DNA of 64,000 nt from Hydrurus foetidus (Eukaryota): the NCBI GenBank assembly GCA_900617105.1, contig UYFQ01000237.1:1-64000 (forward strand). The letters are read 5' to 3'. A program made the translations under genes and the position numbers. The notes under the pieces are model-generated. The model made no database searches, was not told the origin of the DNA, and worked only from the letters and a program-made list of their open reading frames with translations. Positions within the stretch are counted from its first letter, which is position 1. Every line of letters starts with the position of its first letter. Positions 35,088 to 47,078 of the stretch are shown piece after piece.

Positions 35088-38000
35088 CTATATTTGATGA
35101 CTTCCGTACCATATTTTATGACTCCCGTTTATCGTTTCTGTTTCTACGAGTAGTAGTGTGGAGTTAATTATCTTCTTTCTGATGCACAAGGCGTAGGTCA
35201 GAGCCGCCATCAACAGGGTGCCTAACCCAACAGCCACCATATCAACGAAACTCGAGATCGGCAATGATCGTTCAGATTGAGATGGCGGAGACACAACCTG
35301 ATGAGTAGGAAGAGATGGACAGGTATTAGCGGTTAGAAAAATATCTTGAGCTTTGTAGGTTTCGATTTGAGCTGTGTGCCTTACTTTTTTGGTGGCGGTG
35401 TCGAAGAGCATCCTGGAGTTAGGAGCCGGTGATGGAGCGTTGGAGGAGTAGTAGGTGGGATGGCTTGTTGATGGCTGTCCCGTGGGCTGTCCTGTGGGTT
35501 GACCTGATGGTTTACTTGATGGTTGACTGGTTGGTTGGCGGGTTGGTTGGCCGGTCGGCTGACCGGATGGACGTCGTGTTGGCTGACCTGTTGGCTGCCC
35601 CGTTGGCCGCCCAGACGGCTGTCCTGATGGCCGAATTGTTGGCTGTCCCGTTGGCTGACTGGTGGGTTGCCCTGTTGGTTGACTTGTCGGTTGACCCGAT
35701 GGTTTGCCGGAAGGCTGTCCGCTTGGTCGGCGCGTTGGTTGGCCGGTCGGCTGTCCAGATGGCCGCCCAGACGGCTGTCCTGATGGCCGAATTGTTGGCT
35801 GTCCCGTTGGCTGACTGGTGGGTTGCCCTGACGGGCGTCGTGTAGGCTGTCCAGTAGGCTGTCCTGATGGCTTTCCAGATGGCCGACGTGTTGGCTGACC
35901 TGTTGGCTGCCCCGTTGGCCGCCCAGACGGCTGTCCTGATGGCCGAATTGTTGGCTGTCCCGTTGGCTGACTGGTGGGTTGCCCTGTTGGTTGACTTGTC
36001 GGTTGACCCGATGGTTTGCTGGAAGGCTGTCCGCTTGGTCGGCGCGTTGGTTGGCCGGTCGGGCGTCCGGTGGGCTGTCCAGTCGGCTGTCCTGATGGCC
36101 GACGTGTTGGCTGTCCCGTGGGTTGACTAGTGGGTTGTCCAGTGGGTTGGCGTGTGGGTTGACCTGTTGGCCGACTTGATGGCTGACCTGATGGACGATT
36201 AGTCGGTTGACTTGTCGGTTGACCCGATGGTTTGCTGGAAGGCTGTCCGCTTGGTCGACTCGTCGGTTGGCCGGTCGGCTGACTTGTCGGCTGTCCTGAA
36301 GGGCGTCGTGTAGGCTGTCCAGTAGGCTGCCCCGATGGCTTCCCAGAGGGTCGACGTGTTGGCTGTCCTGTTGGCTGACCTGTGGGTTGTCCAGTGGGAC
36401 GACTTATAGGTTGCCCTGTTGGTTGACCTGTTGGTTGTCCAGACGGACGACTTGATGGCTGGCCAGATGGACGTACCGTTGGTTGACTTGTCGGTTGACC
36501 CGATGGTCTGCCGGAAGGCTGTCCGCTTGGTCGGCGGGTTGGTTGGCCAGTCGGCTGACTTGTAGGCTGTCCTGATGGATGACCGGATGGTTGTCCTGTT
36601 GGCTGTCCACTCGGCTGTCCTGATGGCCGACGTGTTGGCTGTCCCGTTGGCTGACCTGTGGGTTGTCCGGTGGGACGACTTATAGGTTGACCTGTTGGTT
36701 GACCTGTTGGTTGTCCAGATGGATGACTAGTCGGTTGACCAGTTGGTCGGCGGGTTGGTTGCCCAGTAGGCTGTCCTGTCGGCTTCCCACTTGGTTGACC
36801 TGTAGGCTGTCCAGTCGGCTGTCCTGATGGCCGACGTGTCGGCTGTCCAGTAGGCTGCCCCGATGGCTTCCCAGAGGGTCGACGTGTTGGCTGTCCTGTT
36901 GGCTGACCTGTGGGTTGTCCGGTGGGACGACTTATAGGTTGACCTGTTGGTTGACCTGTTGGTTGTCCAGATGGATGACTAGTCGGTTGACCAGTTGGTC
37001 GGCGGGTTGGTTGCCCAGTAGGCTGTCCAGATGGCCGACTCGTCGGTTGACCGGTCGGTTGACCTGTAGGCTGTCCTGTCGGATGTCTGGATGGTTGGCC
37101 GGTGGGCTGTCCAGTCGGCTGTCCTGATGGCCGACGTGTTGGCTGTCCCGTGGGTTGACCGGTGGGTTGTCCAGTGGGTTGGCGTGTGGGTTGACCTGTT
37201 GGCCGACTTGATGGCTGACCTGATGGACGACTTGATGGCTGGCCAGATGGACGTACCGTCGGTTGACCTGTCGGGCGTCCCGTGGGCTGTCCTGTTGGTT
37301 GACTTGTTGGTTGACCCGATGGTTTGCTTGAAGGTTGTCCGCTCGGCCGAATCGTAGGTTGACTTGTAGGTTGTCCAGTCGGTTGACCTGTCGGACGACG
37401 TGTCGGCTGTCCTGTTGGTTGACTTGTCGGTTGACCCGATGGTTTGCCGGAAGGCTGTCCGCTTGGTCGGCGGGTTGGTTGGCCAGTCGGCTGACTTGTA
37501 GGCTGTCCTGATGGATGACCGGATGGTTGTCCTGTTGGCTGTCCACTCGGCTGTCCTGATGGCCGACGTGTTGGCTGTCCCGTTGGCTGACCTGTGGGTT
37601 GTCCGGTGGGACGACTTATAGGTTGACCTGTTGGTTGACCTGTTGGTTGTCCAGATGGATGACTAGTCGGTTGACCAGTTGGTCGGCGGGTTGGTTGCCC
37701 AGTAGGCTGTCCAGATGGCCGACTCGTCGGTTGACCGGTCGGTTGACCTGTAGGCTGTCCTGTCGGATGTCTGGATGGTTGTCCTGTTGGTTTTCCACTC
37801 GGTTGACCTGTCGGCCGACGTGTTGGCTGTCCTGTTGGCTGACCTGTGGGTTGTGCCGATGGCTGTCTTGATGGCCGACGTGTGGGTTGACTTGTTGGTT
37901 GTCCAGACGGACGACTTGATGGCTGTGCTGTTGGCCTACCGGTAGGCTGTGCCGTCGGCTGTGTTGTTGGTTGACCAGTAGGCCGCGGTGATGGACTATA

Positions 38001-38093
38001 TGTTGGTCTCTTACTTGGAGGTGGGGTTAGTGATCCGGCATATGCTGTGCTTATGAAGCACACAACAACTGCCCTCGTCAAAATGAAAAACAT
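35088..38093 (-). CDS. PT-repeat (P[T/S]xx) mucin-like type I membrane protein
   Basis: Likely ATG at 38093 with signal peptide [19 protein letters not shown]. About 840 aa of [12 protein letters not shown] tetrapeptides, then TM segment [19 protein letters not shown] and basic RKK. Probable in-frame intron ~35298-35384. Confidence 0.85.
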   Translation of the reverse strand: MFFILTRAVVVCFISTAYAGSLTPPPSKRPTYSPSPRPTGQPTTQPTAQPTGRPTAQPSSRPSGQPTSQPTRRPSRQPSAQPTGQPTGQPTRRPTGQPSGKPTGQPSRHPTGQPTGQPTGQPTSRPSGQPTGQPTRRPTGQPTSHPSGQPTGQPTGQPISRPTGQPTGQPTGQPTRRPSGQPSGQPTGQPSGHPSGQPTSQPTGQPTRRPSGQPSGKPSGQPTSQPTGQPTRRPTGQPTGQPTSQPTIRPSGQPSSKPSGQPTSQPTGQPTGRPTGQPTVRPSGQPSSRPSGQPSSRPTGQPTRQPTGQPTGQPTGQPTRRPSGQPTGQPTGQPSRHPTGQPTGQPTGQPTSRPSGQPTGQPTRRPTGQPTSHPSGQPTGQPTGQPISRPTGQPTGQPTGQPTRRPSGKPSGQPTGQPTRRPSGQPTGQPTGQPSGKPTGQPTGQPTRRPTGQPTSHPSGQPTGQPTGQPISRPTGQPTGQPTGQPTRRPSGQPSGQPTGQPSGHPSGQPTSQPTGQPTRRPSGQPSGRPSGQPTSQPTVRPSGQPSSRPSGQPTGQPTGQPISRPTGQPTGQPTGQPTRRPSGKPSGQPTGQPTRRPSGQPTSQPTGQPTSRPSGQPSSKPSGQPTSQPTNRPSGQPSSRPTGQPTRQPTGQPTSQPTGQPTRRPSGQPTGQPTGRPTGQPTRRPSGQPSSKPSGQPTSQPTGQPTSQPTGQPTIRPSGQPSGRPTGQPTGQPTRRPSGKPSGQPTGQPTRRPSGQPTSQPTGQPTIRPSGQPSGRPSGQPTGQPTRRPSGQPSGKPSGQPTSQPTGQPTSQPTGQPTIRPSGQPSGRPTGQPTGQPTRRPSGQPTGQPTRQPTSQPSSKPSGQPTGQPTGQPSTSHPTYYSSNAPSPAPNSRMLFDTATKKVRHTAQIETYKAQDIFLTANTCPSLPTHQVVSPPSQSERSLPISSFVDMVAVGLGTLLMAALTYALCIRKKIINSTLLLVETETINGSHKIWYGSHQI
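35460..37990 (-). repeat. coding 12-bp-period tandem array with higher-order block duplications
   Basis: Visible in both DNA and protein. Confidence 0.95.
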
Positions 38094-38904
38094 CGACTTC
38101 TTCTGCTCGATATTGTTGGCAAAAATCGCGGTAGTTCTTGTTAGGGAGATGATATACGAGGGAAGGCGGAGATATGATTTGTTGCAAAAGGCATGCATTC
38201 TGAAAGTATGGAAGTTGGCATTTTCACCGATTAGACTATTTCTGCGTCTGTTACCTGTTGTCACGCAACCTTCCAATGGGCCTGGGGCTCTTCCTCGATA
38301 ACAATGACTCACTCTATCCACATCCGGGGTATTTCTTCAGTGTAACAGCTCGAGCAAACATGTTGTGGCTAAACAACAACCAATCCTCTCTCCATAGTGA
38401 TAGGAATACACTGAAACGCTTTCAAATATTTTGAACCGTGTGCACCGTATAAATTCCATTCTTGAACAATCCGCTGGGGATTCCGTTGGGTTTTGATTAG
38501 TTTTCAGTTTTCTGTTCCTTTGAGTCTTCTTCTCATCAACTCTTGTATTTACTCGGGTAATGTTTGGGCTCCTTATTCAAAATCCTACCAGAGAACTACG
38601 AAAAAAATTCAGACTACCGACTTGCTAAAGTTACTGCCTGTCTACCTCATTTAGTAAAACAGATCTGTGGTTACCTGGAACACTATTAGTCCTGAACAGA
38701 AATATGAAAAATAGGAGATTATTTAAATTAAGTGATTTTGATCAATAGATGTGGCCTATATGTTTGATATCAATGACGAAGCCGACAATCGAATGATATC
38801 ACAGTAATAAGTTTAGTGCACTAAGTATCTTTTTCATGTGTTCCCCACATCCGATGACATGGAATTTGAAATTAGAGGCTAGTGATCTGGGATTTGATAC
38901 GTAG

Positions 38905-39120
38905 GACTTAAGATTTCAGATTTTCGATTTCAGATTTCAGATTTCAGACGCAAGATTCTAGATTCTAGATTTAGACTTAAGATTTGAGGTATGAGATAAG
39001 AGATTTTTAAGATGAGACATTCTAGATTTGAGATTCGAGATATGAGATTTGAGATTTCGTATCACAGATTAAAGATTCAAGGCAGGACTTTTTAGATATG
39101 AAATTAAAGATTAGATATCT
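38905..39120 (+). repeat. degenerate heptamer array (AGATTTC/AGATTCT/GAGATTT)
   Basis: Directly visible 7-nt periodicity. Confidence 0.75.
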
Positions 39121-39237
39121 GGTGTTTGAAATTTGAGAGGCAGTGCTGTACTGTGTAGTAGTTGAGAGGAGGAGTTGAGAGAGGTGTGAGGTGCATGTGC
39201 GTATTATGTGTGTGCATGTGTGCGGGGGTACATTCAG

Positions 39238-39348
39238 TACTCTGTATTCTGTATTCTGTATTCTGTATTCTATATTCTGTATTCTGTATTCTGTATTCTG
39301 TATTCTGTATTCTGTATTCTGTATTCTGTATTCTGTATTCTGTATTCC
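39238..39348 (+). repeat. (TATTCTG)n heptamer microsatellite, about 16 units
   Basis: Directly visible; ends about 155 nt upstream of the ATG at 39504. Confidence 0.95.
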
Positions 39349-39503
39349 GAACAGTACCGTACAGTATACAGTACAGTATACTGTATACTGAGTACTGCAT
39401 ACTACTGCAGACTGCAGACTGCAGTAATCGAAATGCTAGGCCGTTGATTGCATCTGTCCTCTTCTCCAGATGACATCTTCTAGTAGCTCCTCCAGCATCA
39501 ATT

Positions 39504-40805
39504 ATGATCCAAGGCATCTGCGGACATGCCAAGTCAACGTTATTGTATTTTCTCTTTTTCCTACTCTTCCCTACAACCTACACCGCAACTTTTAGCCGAT
39601 ATGACAAGAGTATCAGTTTATTCAGCCCAGATGGTGAATTGATGCAAGTAAAATACGCCGACAAGGCTGGAGAAAATGGTCCATCACTGGTCTGCATTAT
39701 TTCTGGTGGCGAATCGGTCGTCCTCTGTAGTCCAGCAGTGTCAGCGAACAGCCTCTTGGACAGAAGGTGCATCGACAAAGTATCTCAAGTTGACGAAAGC
39801 ATTTGGATAGCATTTGCGGGTCTTCTTGGCGATGGTAGGCACATCACACGGAAGGCACGGGAATACTGCAATAGCTATCAAGCAAAGTTCGGATGTAGAC
39901 CTACAGTGTCAGCATTAGCGCAACATATTGGAACTATACAACACGAAGCATCTGTCAAAGGAGGTGATGAATCACAACACATCCCACTCACAAAATCTTG
40001 CTCTGGTGCTAGAACTGTTTGCTAACATACTTAGCGGGGCGCTGCATGTAATGAGATTCACAAATATGCGTATTAACATGAACATGAACTGCACGGATGT
40101 CTAGAAGTTGCTCTGAAATTTCACTTCACTCATGGCTTGAAAGGGGTACGACCGCTTGGCCTGCACGTATTATGTGTCGGATTTGACGAGAGGAGCCGCA
40201 ACGACAAGTCTGCGCCTTCGATGTTTGTGTCCAGATCATCGGGTGAGCCTCAAAAGTTATTCAATATCCAGTAGTCAATATTATATTCCAATTGTAGAAC
40301 GCAATTCTTGAGGGTCAAATTTTGATGCGTCTATTATCATAGGTGAAGTAACGCAATGGACAGCGACAGCAATTGGGAAGCACGCAGGTTCGTCGCAACC
40401 CCCTCCTGAATGAAGTATTTGCCGAATAGATAAATCTGCGTCCACTTCCTGACTACCGGTTATTGTGGATATTTGTTTAATGACTAATGTTTATTTAGAC
40501 TGATTGCAATTCTTGTGACAAACGGTTAATTCTGTGACTAATCATCTTTCTTGTGAGCAGAGAAGAACATCATCAGATTGGAAGACGCCCTGTCTCGATC
40601 AGTGAGCGAGCAAGATGCCATTAAACTGTCCGTTGAAATTCTCTCGAAAACAATATCCACGGATGAAGACGGTGCGGAAGATAAATTCGATATTTATGTT
40701 CTGAGTTCAGTGAAGGAGAATAAGAACAAGTACTCAATGACACGGAAGACAGTCACAGCTCGTGAGGCTCTGTCAGTCGGACTGACACTTCCAGAAACAA
40801 GATGA
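39504..40805 (+). CDS. 20S proteasome alpha-type subunit (PSMA7-like, divergent) with an N-terminal signal peptide; 4 exons
   Basis: RYDKSISLFSPDGELMQVKYA alpha signature, DKVSQVDESIWIAFAGLLGDGR, GGVRPLG, WTATAIGK; hydrophobic leader LLYFLFFLLFPTTYTA. Confidence 0.88.
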
Positions 40806-42100
40806 CGTCATATCACCCAGCAGAACAGACACAGTGATACGTGCTGACAGATGTTCCTATCAGACTGCACAAATCAATAGAGTTGATGATAGAAATGGTG
40901 TCGAGGTGTTGATGATTGATTCAATTGATTGGTCTTTCAAAGCAGTTTAGTCGATTCAAATAATCGTAAAAACAGCATGAATCCGAAATATGTCACCACT
41001 GCTACTGGGCAAATAAAGTCAAATCGAATCGAGAATTGACGTCTGGCCCCCATCCCATTCTCTGTTGATGTTGAAGTTGAAGTCGAAGTTTAGGGGAAGA
41101 AGATTCGTGACATACTTACAGTCCTCATGGGTTTAGTCGCATAATGGGTGCGACTTATGGGACGATTGTATGCACTGTGTGCCCCCTCATTAAATCAAAT
41201 TGAGGCTATGGTACGAGCGCTACACCCCGATGAACAGTCCCTGCTCATTGTCACAGTTACAGCAGCAGTAGCGTTATTCAGTTCTACGAAATGGATAACA
41301 TCTTTCTTTGCTCGCAATGAGCAACCAAGTCCTCCACAGTTGAGACCTGCATTATGGAAACGAAGAAAGGCCTACTCGCTGTTACAGGCTTGCACTACTC
41401 ATCACACTTACCTGCACAATGTTCCGAAAACACGAGAACTACTGATACATGCTAGGAAGTGCTGCAGTATTCGTTACTGATATCTTGGTGGTGACATCGT
41501 CCTGTATCGAACTGCTTGAAGCATCTCTTGAACGCAAGTAAATAAATAATGTTTCGTCTCGTTCGGGTATTTTATATTCTGTATTTTATTGCATCAAGTA
41601 CAAATCAATCAGCCATTGCAATGAAATACATATCAAAATGAATTTCATTTATTCAAATGATAATCTTAGCACAATATGGGAAGAAGGCTTATTCCTGACG
41701 ATTCGTTACTCTAACCGGCACATCGTGGCACAGAAAGTACTATGTAAGTCAAAGAGGGTTGACGATGGGAGATGGGATAGGACGTACCATACTGTACTGC
41801 ACTGAACAGCGACCGTGCGGTACAAGCACACACACACGCCACTCGGAAGATGAAAGATGCTGCTTCGTTGGGAACCTTGACTCTGTGCTCTGTGCTCTTC
41901 TCTAGAACTTCTAACCGTCGAATACAATCCTCACGAAAGAATCGACCATAGTTAGGTACCTCATAAACCTCGGCTAGTCCTATGACGTATGATTGAGGCC
42001 TGATGATGCCTGCGCCAATTCGGTGCGGTCGTCTTGAAATCATGCGCGGCTACGATTCCTATTAATCAGCTTACAACTATCTGTAACACGGTTATTCATC

Positions 42101-43369
42101 ATGATCCGGAGTCGATCGTTCATCCCAAACAACTCAACGTCACCTCAGAATTTGCCTGCAAATTCCAGCACATTTGAGAGGGACACTTTCTACAGCCGAT
42201 TGCTGTGTCTCTTTCGTCCATCTCCTGCTGTTGGGGGATCCAAATTATGGAAATATTTTTGTTTTGTCGTTGTAGTTGGCATCATTGTTTACTCGATAAT
42301 TGCACGGAGTGCACCTAGCACGATTAAACATCCATCTAGCATTCGGCTGACTGAGAAAGTGACTGTTGTCTTGAACACATTTAAGCGAAATAGCATGATG
42401 AAAGGTCAGATTTGAATGGACACATACCGTTTAAAACAACACATCCATCGTCTATGTGCTTACACTTCGGACGAAAATAACAGAGGCGGTCGATCACTAC
42501 TCCACGTGCGGTCTAGTCGGTCGAATCTACATCGTTTGGAGCGAGAAGAATCCTCCTAACAAGAAAATTTTAAATGAGTACGCTGAAAAACAACATCCTC
42601 ATGTACGGGCGCACCCTGCATTCAAAATGAATGCTATTTGAATTGCCGCACTGCGAAACTTATTTTGTGACTCATTTTATTCATTAATGCTCTTGTACTA
42701 TTCTTTCAGGTAGCATTCATTCAGCACCCGACAGATAGCTTGAACAACCGCTTCAAGCCGATTAGTGGGCCGCATGACAAAGCCATATTCGCTGCTGATG
42801 ACGACATTAGAGTACCGTGTTCAGAGCTAGATCTAGCATATGAAACATGGCTGGGGAGTGACAAGAGTATTGTCGGCTTCATGCCTCGAATTCATTTGAG
42901 ACGCAGACCGAAGGACGATGAGCTCATTTATCGGTGCTGGTGGAATGTGTGGTGGCATGGCGCCTACAGTATCGTCTTAACCAAAGCTGCCTTCATCAGT
43001 CACGACTACTTTGAGATGTACACCAACGAGATGCCGAGTAGTATACGGGATCTGGTGGATAAGGAGAGAAATTGCGAAGACATAGCTATGCAGTTCTTGG
43101 TCTCCTCTCGCTCCAATCTTCCTCCAATCTTTGTCAAAGGTCACTTGAGAGACTTAGGAGTATTGAACGGAATAAGCACGTCCAAGAATGTGGTGTCTGC
43201 CGGACACATGGACAAGAGGTCTCAATGTCTGAACGATTTAGTGGCCATTTATAGAACCAATCCTTTGATCCGATCCCACATGATAGTCGACTCTGCGTCT
43301 AACGGATGGACTAATGCGCCATCAACTTGGATGGAATACATCAGCTCTGACCTGTGGAAACTCACATAA
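42101..43369 (+). CDS. GT64 glycosyltransferase (EXTL/EPC1-like alpha-1,4-N-acetylhexosaminyltransferase), type II membrane; 3 exons
   Basis: TM anchor, VTVVLNTFKR, IYIVWS, SLNNRFKP, ADDD (DXD), VGFMPRIH, YSIVLTKAAF, NCEDIAMQF. Confidence 0.93.
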
Positions 43370-43869
43370 CTGAACATTTTGCTTCTATTGTCTCTGTAAG
43401 ATTGCATAATATCTGTAGGTATATTTGTACTATTTTGTCTCGAAAAACGATAGTCAGTATTTTAAGATGATCAACCTTCGATAAGAAAGGCGTTGCTTCC
43501 TTGCAGACTAGCAATCTTTTTTGTTATTCATGCAGTCTCGAATGCGATATACTCGCCCTGAGAAATATTTGCACTGTCTCGCCGACATCTGACTGGAGGA
43601 AAAAAAGACAATGTTGAGCAGATCATGGGTCAGATTACGGTATCACCCATCAATCCGATATCTGATGGAATGGTAATTTTTTTTCATGCGAGCTCGAACT
43701 TTGGAGGAACGCGACACTTCAAATTAATTTCAACTGGATGCTGCTACTAGCCCCCAATCTAAATGATGCGATAGGGTTGTGATTATACAGTGGATTGGGT
43801 CAGAACATCTAAAGCAGGATTGGTTCCCTTACCTATTATATTTCTAATGTGGTGACGCAAACCTTCATC

Positions 43870-45933
43870 ATGACGGATTATCAACCCTCCTGGGCAGCAC
43901 GTACTGCGCATGGGATTCCGCATTTCAGCTACAAACTCGTCAAAGAGAGCCACACCTGGAATATCACATCGAGCACTTTCAGCCTCAGAAATGTTTACAT
44001 TCAATCTCTCATAAGTCCCAGTGTAATTCTTATATCAATTGAATTTGCTCTTATCGGATCTCTTTTGCTATTCTGGGCCTACCAATATAGAGGAGGAATT
44101 ACAACTAGACCGCCTGAAAAGTTGCTACAACAGATGCCGATGAGTTGGGCGAGGACTGTGGCTGCGAGAAAAGCCATTCTATCTTCTGCCTTCTCTGCCC
44201 TCCTGGTAATAACTTTCGTAGCCATGACCGTTACTCTGTACGGTTTCTCTCGAATCGCTCTAGCCGTCATGGAGATTGACAAGGTGGCATTGACATTCTC
44301 CGGCATCCAATACAATGGTGAGTTTGAATGGCTTTCTGCCCTAAGAAGTCCACATTTCATATCTCACCTTGTGTCCTCTTTACCTGCTACCATACGGTAG
44401 GTGCATTGATGGAGGAACGCAGCGCTGATTTGTCGGTAGTGTTAGGACAGTCAGAATGTGCCACTGCACAAGACGATTACAGCTCAACCATAGCAGCTGC
44501 AGCAGCAATAGAGCAGATGGCTTCGTCACTAGTGGCGTCTGTGGGTGTCATCACACCCCAGTTAACACCTATGGTAACATACGTGAAGTCGTACGGTAAC
44601 TACTCCATCTATGGGGTGGGCGTGATCTACGCATACGTGATGATATTGAGTGCGGTGTTTGCTGTGGGGTTCATGCAGCGGAGGAAGATCTTGTTATCAT
44701 GGAACATAGCAGCAGGGCTATTAGCGTGCGTTGCGCTTCTTATTTTATGCGGAGCAGCGATGGTTCCAATCGTAAGTTATTTATTATATTATACTGTATT
44801 GTATCATATCATGCTGTAATTTGATACTTTCTCATGTGCCTGTTGATGACTGTGCATGATGCCACCGGCACACCAATTTGCAGCCATGTGTAATATATCC
44901 AACAAATTTGATGATTAATTATTTCTACTCATTCTCCGAGAACCAATTGCCCAGATGGAAAATAAGGATTGATACAAAAATACTAAGAAACTAAAGTTAA
45001 CTTGACATCTTATTGTAGACTGCTCTCGGGGATTTCTGCATGGCACCCATCGCTAATCTGCGCATGACGGTGACCGCGTCAAGTCGCACATCATCACTGC
45101 TGGAGTATTACGCAGACTGTGCCTCCTCCTCTTCTGTTGCATCGCTGCCCAACACCTCTTACTCCTCCACATCCCAACCACTCTTTCCCTTTCAAATCTG
45201 ACCTCTTCTTTATTTTCCAACCATTCCCTCATTTCTCTGTCATTTCTCATCCCCTTCACCTCATCTATTGACTTTCCCTCTCTATCCCTCTCCCCCCTCC
45301 TTTCCCTCCTCCTCTTCTCCCTCCCCTTCCCCCTCTTTCTCTATCAACGGATTGTCATCTTCTTCAACAGACGATCCTTTCTCCTCTCATCTCTCTCTCG
45401 CTCTCGAATATTCCCAAATGATATCCGCCAATCTGAATAACATTCAAGCTGTGTGCAGTGAAGATGAGAACGTTCTGCAAGCTGAGGCGCTGCAAGAATT
45501 AGTCTACGCGAGCATTCTGTACTTGAGCATGAATACCCAGTGTTCGCACGTACAGAGCTCTATTTATTCTTCCCTTGGCGATGGCATGTGTCGAGATGCC
45601 ATGACAGGATACTTCATCATTTGGATATGCTATTTAGTGGTTTTCCTTTCCATCTACTTGACCTGTGCTACTGTGTGTCTTCTTTTTGAGTATTTTGAAC
45701 CCAGATACTGGGCTGTCCAGAAATCGTCCGAGATATACACATTGGAAGATTTTAAGTATTCTGAATACATGGGCCCTGGGGGGGAGAAAAAAATTGAAAC
45801 AGAGACGGAGGGGTCAGATATGGGGGGCAGGAGAGGGGGAAGGGTCGTGACTACTGGGACTATGTCGGATGCGAGAGGGAGTAGGAATCAGAAGTGGCAG
45901 ACTTATCGGCACGGAGAGGATGAGTACGACTAA
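43870..45933 (+). CDS. tweety-like multi-pass membrane protein; 4 exons
   Basis: Five TM segments in a 2+2+1 arrangement, GDFCMAP after TM4 (~45030), YYADC, and an extracellular Cys pattern (C..C..GMC) before the last TM. Confidence 0.6.
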
Positions 45934-47078
45934 ATTAAAAAGGGAATAGAGATGAGAAAGCAAGAGAGGGAAAAAGTTATGAATGAGATGAAGTGAAAGA
46001 AGAGAGAAAAGAAGAAAGGACAATGATTACGATTTACTGAACATTTATAGAAGCGGATAGAGCAGATAGGATGACAGGAAATGGATTGGAGTGAGAGTAA
46101 GGAAGAGAACAAAGTCAGTGCTGCACTTTTATTCATGCTTGGGATGGGGTGCCAATATGTCATATCAAAATAACTATGAATGCGAACAGCGGTAAAAAAA
46201 CAAAGATTTAATAGAAAATGGGAGCAAATCGACTTCTCAACTGGATTTTACACAATATAGTGAATTTGCTTTGTCCAATAGACAATGACTTCGTACCTTG
46301 ATTCTGCTCATACGACTAAAAGGCCGCATAACTATGACTACTTTAATTTAATTTAATTTTGACGAAGTAGTGTAACCATTCAAGATATGCATTTTACCGA
46401 ATCTTACAGTATTGAAAAGAACAAAATCTTCAAGTAATTAAGTACATCAATACCTCACACATTTTCGTTTTCTTTTTTGCATCCAGGATGCTAATGCCAC
46501 TGTTTGAGGGGACTGTAATTTTGAGAATTGTCAAATATACACCGATCACGAAACTTTCCTACCAATGAATCGGATCACTGTACCGCATGGTATTGTACCG
46601 TTCTGTACTGTCCTGCAGTGTACTGTACACACTGTACATGCGTGCTGTTCTCTCATCGACACAGTGAACCATGCTAGAGATGTAATCAAAATAATATTTC
46701 ATTTATGGCATATACATTACCAGAGTTTCTCTCCACATGTACGTTTCACATTGCAACTGTCACAATTTTACAGAAATACTATATCTCCGTACTCGAAAGT
46801 GACTGCTAACATCACATGAAATTCATTATATGTGCTCTGAGAAAATCCCGAAATGAATCGAACGGTTGTACTTCAAGAAAGACAAGTGAAGTGGCGGTGT
46901 CTGTTATAGTATTGAAGTGAATGGTGCTAAACGACTGTAAGTCCCACACATGGAATTCAGAACACTGTCAGTGCAGCAAAGTAAGAGGAGAGGAGAGGAA
47001 CTGGCGTACAGTATCATGTCGTTCTATTCCCGCGCTATGCTATGTTATGCTGTACCATCGTATCGTTGCTATGTCATG

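Noticed and set aside
35429..37871. Many alternative-frame and antisense ORFs, and a CRISPR-like look of recurring blocks
   Set aside because: Shadows of the coding PT repeat. There is no constant-repeat/unique-spacer structure and no cas genes.
38094..38321. 76-aa N-terminal extension of the 1077-aa ORF
   Set aside because: It begins at a non-ATG codon, and the ATG at 38093 directly precedes a signal peptide.
39104..39532. Overlapping ORFs with RIQNTEY / FCILYSV repeats
   Set aside because: Artefacts of the stop-free (TATTCTG)n repeat.
41148..42043. Short ORFs between the proteasome and GT64 genes
   Set aside because: No motifs or consistent splice structure found; cannot be supported as genes.
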